Below the pieces are notes generated by a model, which was not told the origin of the DNA, ran no database searches, and saw only the letters and a program-made list of their open reading frames with translations. Both the position numbers and the translations under genes were made by a program. Shown here in pieces: positions 62,744 through 64,000 of a stretch of 64,000 nt of DNA; positions within the stretch are counted from its first letter, which is position 1, and every line of letters begins with the position of its first letter. The DNA is from Nitrospirales bacterium (lineage in GTDB: Bacteria; Nitrospirota; Nitrospiria; Nitrospirales; UBA8639). The stretch spans positions 2,880,001 through 2,944,000 of the forward strand of contig OY820905.2 of assembly GCA_963555755.3 (NCBI GenBank), written 5' to 3'.

Positions 62744-63243
62744 TGGAGATCTCCTCTATATTAGATACATATGTACAGATTTTAATATATTTAATTTTTA
62801 CATACAAATAACCCTATAATATTTATGCCAACTAATTGAGTAGGACCATATCAATCTATATGACACAAAATTTCCTTACATTTTAATACGTTATAAGTTG
62901 ACCGTAGTAAATGGATGAAGGGAAAAAGTTGAACTTACCGAGACAATTGTTACTGAATGGTTACACCGTGCATCCAAAAAGTAACAGTTTTGAAAAAGAG
63001 TCGATTTCTTGTTTCCAATAATGTGTGGGAAAAGAAGTAATAAATCGGAAAGGGTGAGGTGCCACGGAATTGACTGACACCTGAAAAATGGGACAGGATT
63101 CCAGAAGAATGTTTACTCCTGTGATCGGCACAGGCCGTGACAACGGGGAGAAAGAAGACTACAAATCGCTTGCTCCGGTAATATTTTCCAAAGGGACCGA
63201 TCTTTCAGGTTCTTGCCCGCCCGACTTAGACAACGTGGCCTAA

Positions 63244-63400
63244 GGGCTCGCGCAAGAATAATTTCCCATTTTGGGGTGACGAGACACCTGTCTGGCAAGG
63301 TGCGAGGACTGCGCATACTCTTGGTATGTAAGGGACGAGCAACGCCGCCAGACAGGATGGATCGACGCTCAAAGATGGGAAGTTATTCTTGCGCGAGCCC
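63244..63400. mobile_element. 157-bp MITE
   Basis: TIR gggctcgcgcaagaataatttcccat / atgggaagttattcttgcgcgagccc, flanked by taa on both sides. Confidence 0.82.
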
Positions 63401-63571
63401 TAAGGATTGAATCAACACCCTCGAAAGACTTTGGCCTTTCAGTCTCCAGCGGGTAAACCTCGAGAAAGTGTTGCAACGAGTGGTTGATCTCAAGATTCGT
63501 TATTTGACACTTTGGAGATAAGGAATCTACAATTAATCCCTTAGTGTTTTTCAATCAAGAGGGGTACTACT

Positions 63572-63718
63572 ATGTCGATGACTTACAGACAACCGTCGAA
63601 TCTTAAGAGGAAGCGCGACCATGGATTCCGGAAACGGATGAGTACGAAAAATGGCAGGAAGGTGTTGGCCCGTCGCCGCCGTAAAGGCCGAACCCGTCTC
63701 ACAGTCTCTGATGAGTGA
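63572..63718 (+). CDS. rpmH: 50S ribosomal protein L34
   Basis: Manual translation [48 protein letters not shown]. Confidence 0.96.
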   Translation: MSMTYRQPSNLKRKRDHGFRKRMSTKNGRKVLARRRRKGRTRLTVSDE

Positions 63719-64000
63719 AATACACACACTTTCTTTCGACCTATTTCTCAAGAAAAAACAAGATTATGACCGTGTGAAGCGAGAGGGGAGGAGATGCCAA
63801 ACCTCTTTATTCAATGTCATGTTTTGTTCAGCACTGACCCGTGATACTCGAGTCGGCATTATTGTAGGGAAACGATTTGGGAAGGCTGTGGTCAGGAATC
63901 GCGGGAAGCGAATTTTTCGAGAATTGGTACGTAAAACACACATTCTACTGGTACAAGGCTACGATATCATCGTATTTCCTAAACGGCCCATCCTCACGTC
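63711..64000 (+). CDS. rnpA: Ribonuclease P protein component (runs off window end)
   Basis: [25 protein letters not shown] (RNR motif); follows rpmH. Confidence 0.93.
   Translation, partial: MSEIHTLSFDLFLKKKQDYDRVKREGRRCQTSLFNVMFCSALTRDTRVGIIVGKRFGKAVVRNRGKRIFRELVRKTHILLVQGYDIIVFPKRPILT

Larger units (their letters stand above)
39400..62900. mobile_element. Rhs polymorphic-toxin genomic island between hisS and rpmH (boundaries approximate)
   Basis: Only Rhs, immunity-like, integrase/primase, IS and regulator genes; internal duplications; flanked by core genes. Confidence 0.75.

Noticed and set aside
39400..62900. Prophage or T6SS locus
   Set aside because: No structural phage genes, VgrG, PAAR or Hcp; the Rhs has an N-terminal signal peptide.
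63113..63554. Small ORFs upstream of rpmH
   Set aside because: They overlap the 63244-63400 MITE and show no recognisable motifs.

Overview
Bacterial chromosomal window containing the replication-origin region (minus strand dnaA-dnaN-gyrB-gyrA, an oriC with DnaA boxes and DnaA-trios, hisS, smpB, dciA; rpmH-rnpA at the right end). Gene content suggests Nitrospirota, but this is inference. The left 28 kb is a patchwork of accessory genes (HigBA, VapBC, Fic, KAP NTPase, PPi-PFK, GH65, a cupredoxin/heme-c trio), two intact IS elements and many MITEs and REP-like palindromes. Between hisS and rpmH lies a ~23.5 kb polymorphic-toxin island. It holds a 2734-aa secreted PKD/FG-GAP/YD-shell Rhs (teneurin-like) protein and tandem, progressively decayed copies of a module: Rhs C-terminus + immunity, XRE regulator, primase-ATPase, tyrosine recombinase, ORF6N. 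Next to the recombinase is a 115-nt inverted pair of dif-like sites that would fold as single-stranded DNA into a CTXphi-attP/attC-like hairpin. This module is the best candidate for an undescribed system. All calls come from reading the sequence; no database searches were run.
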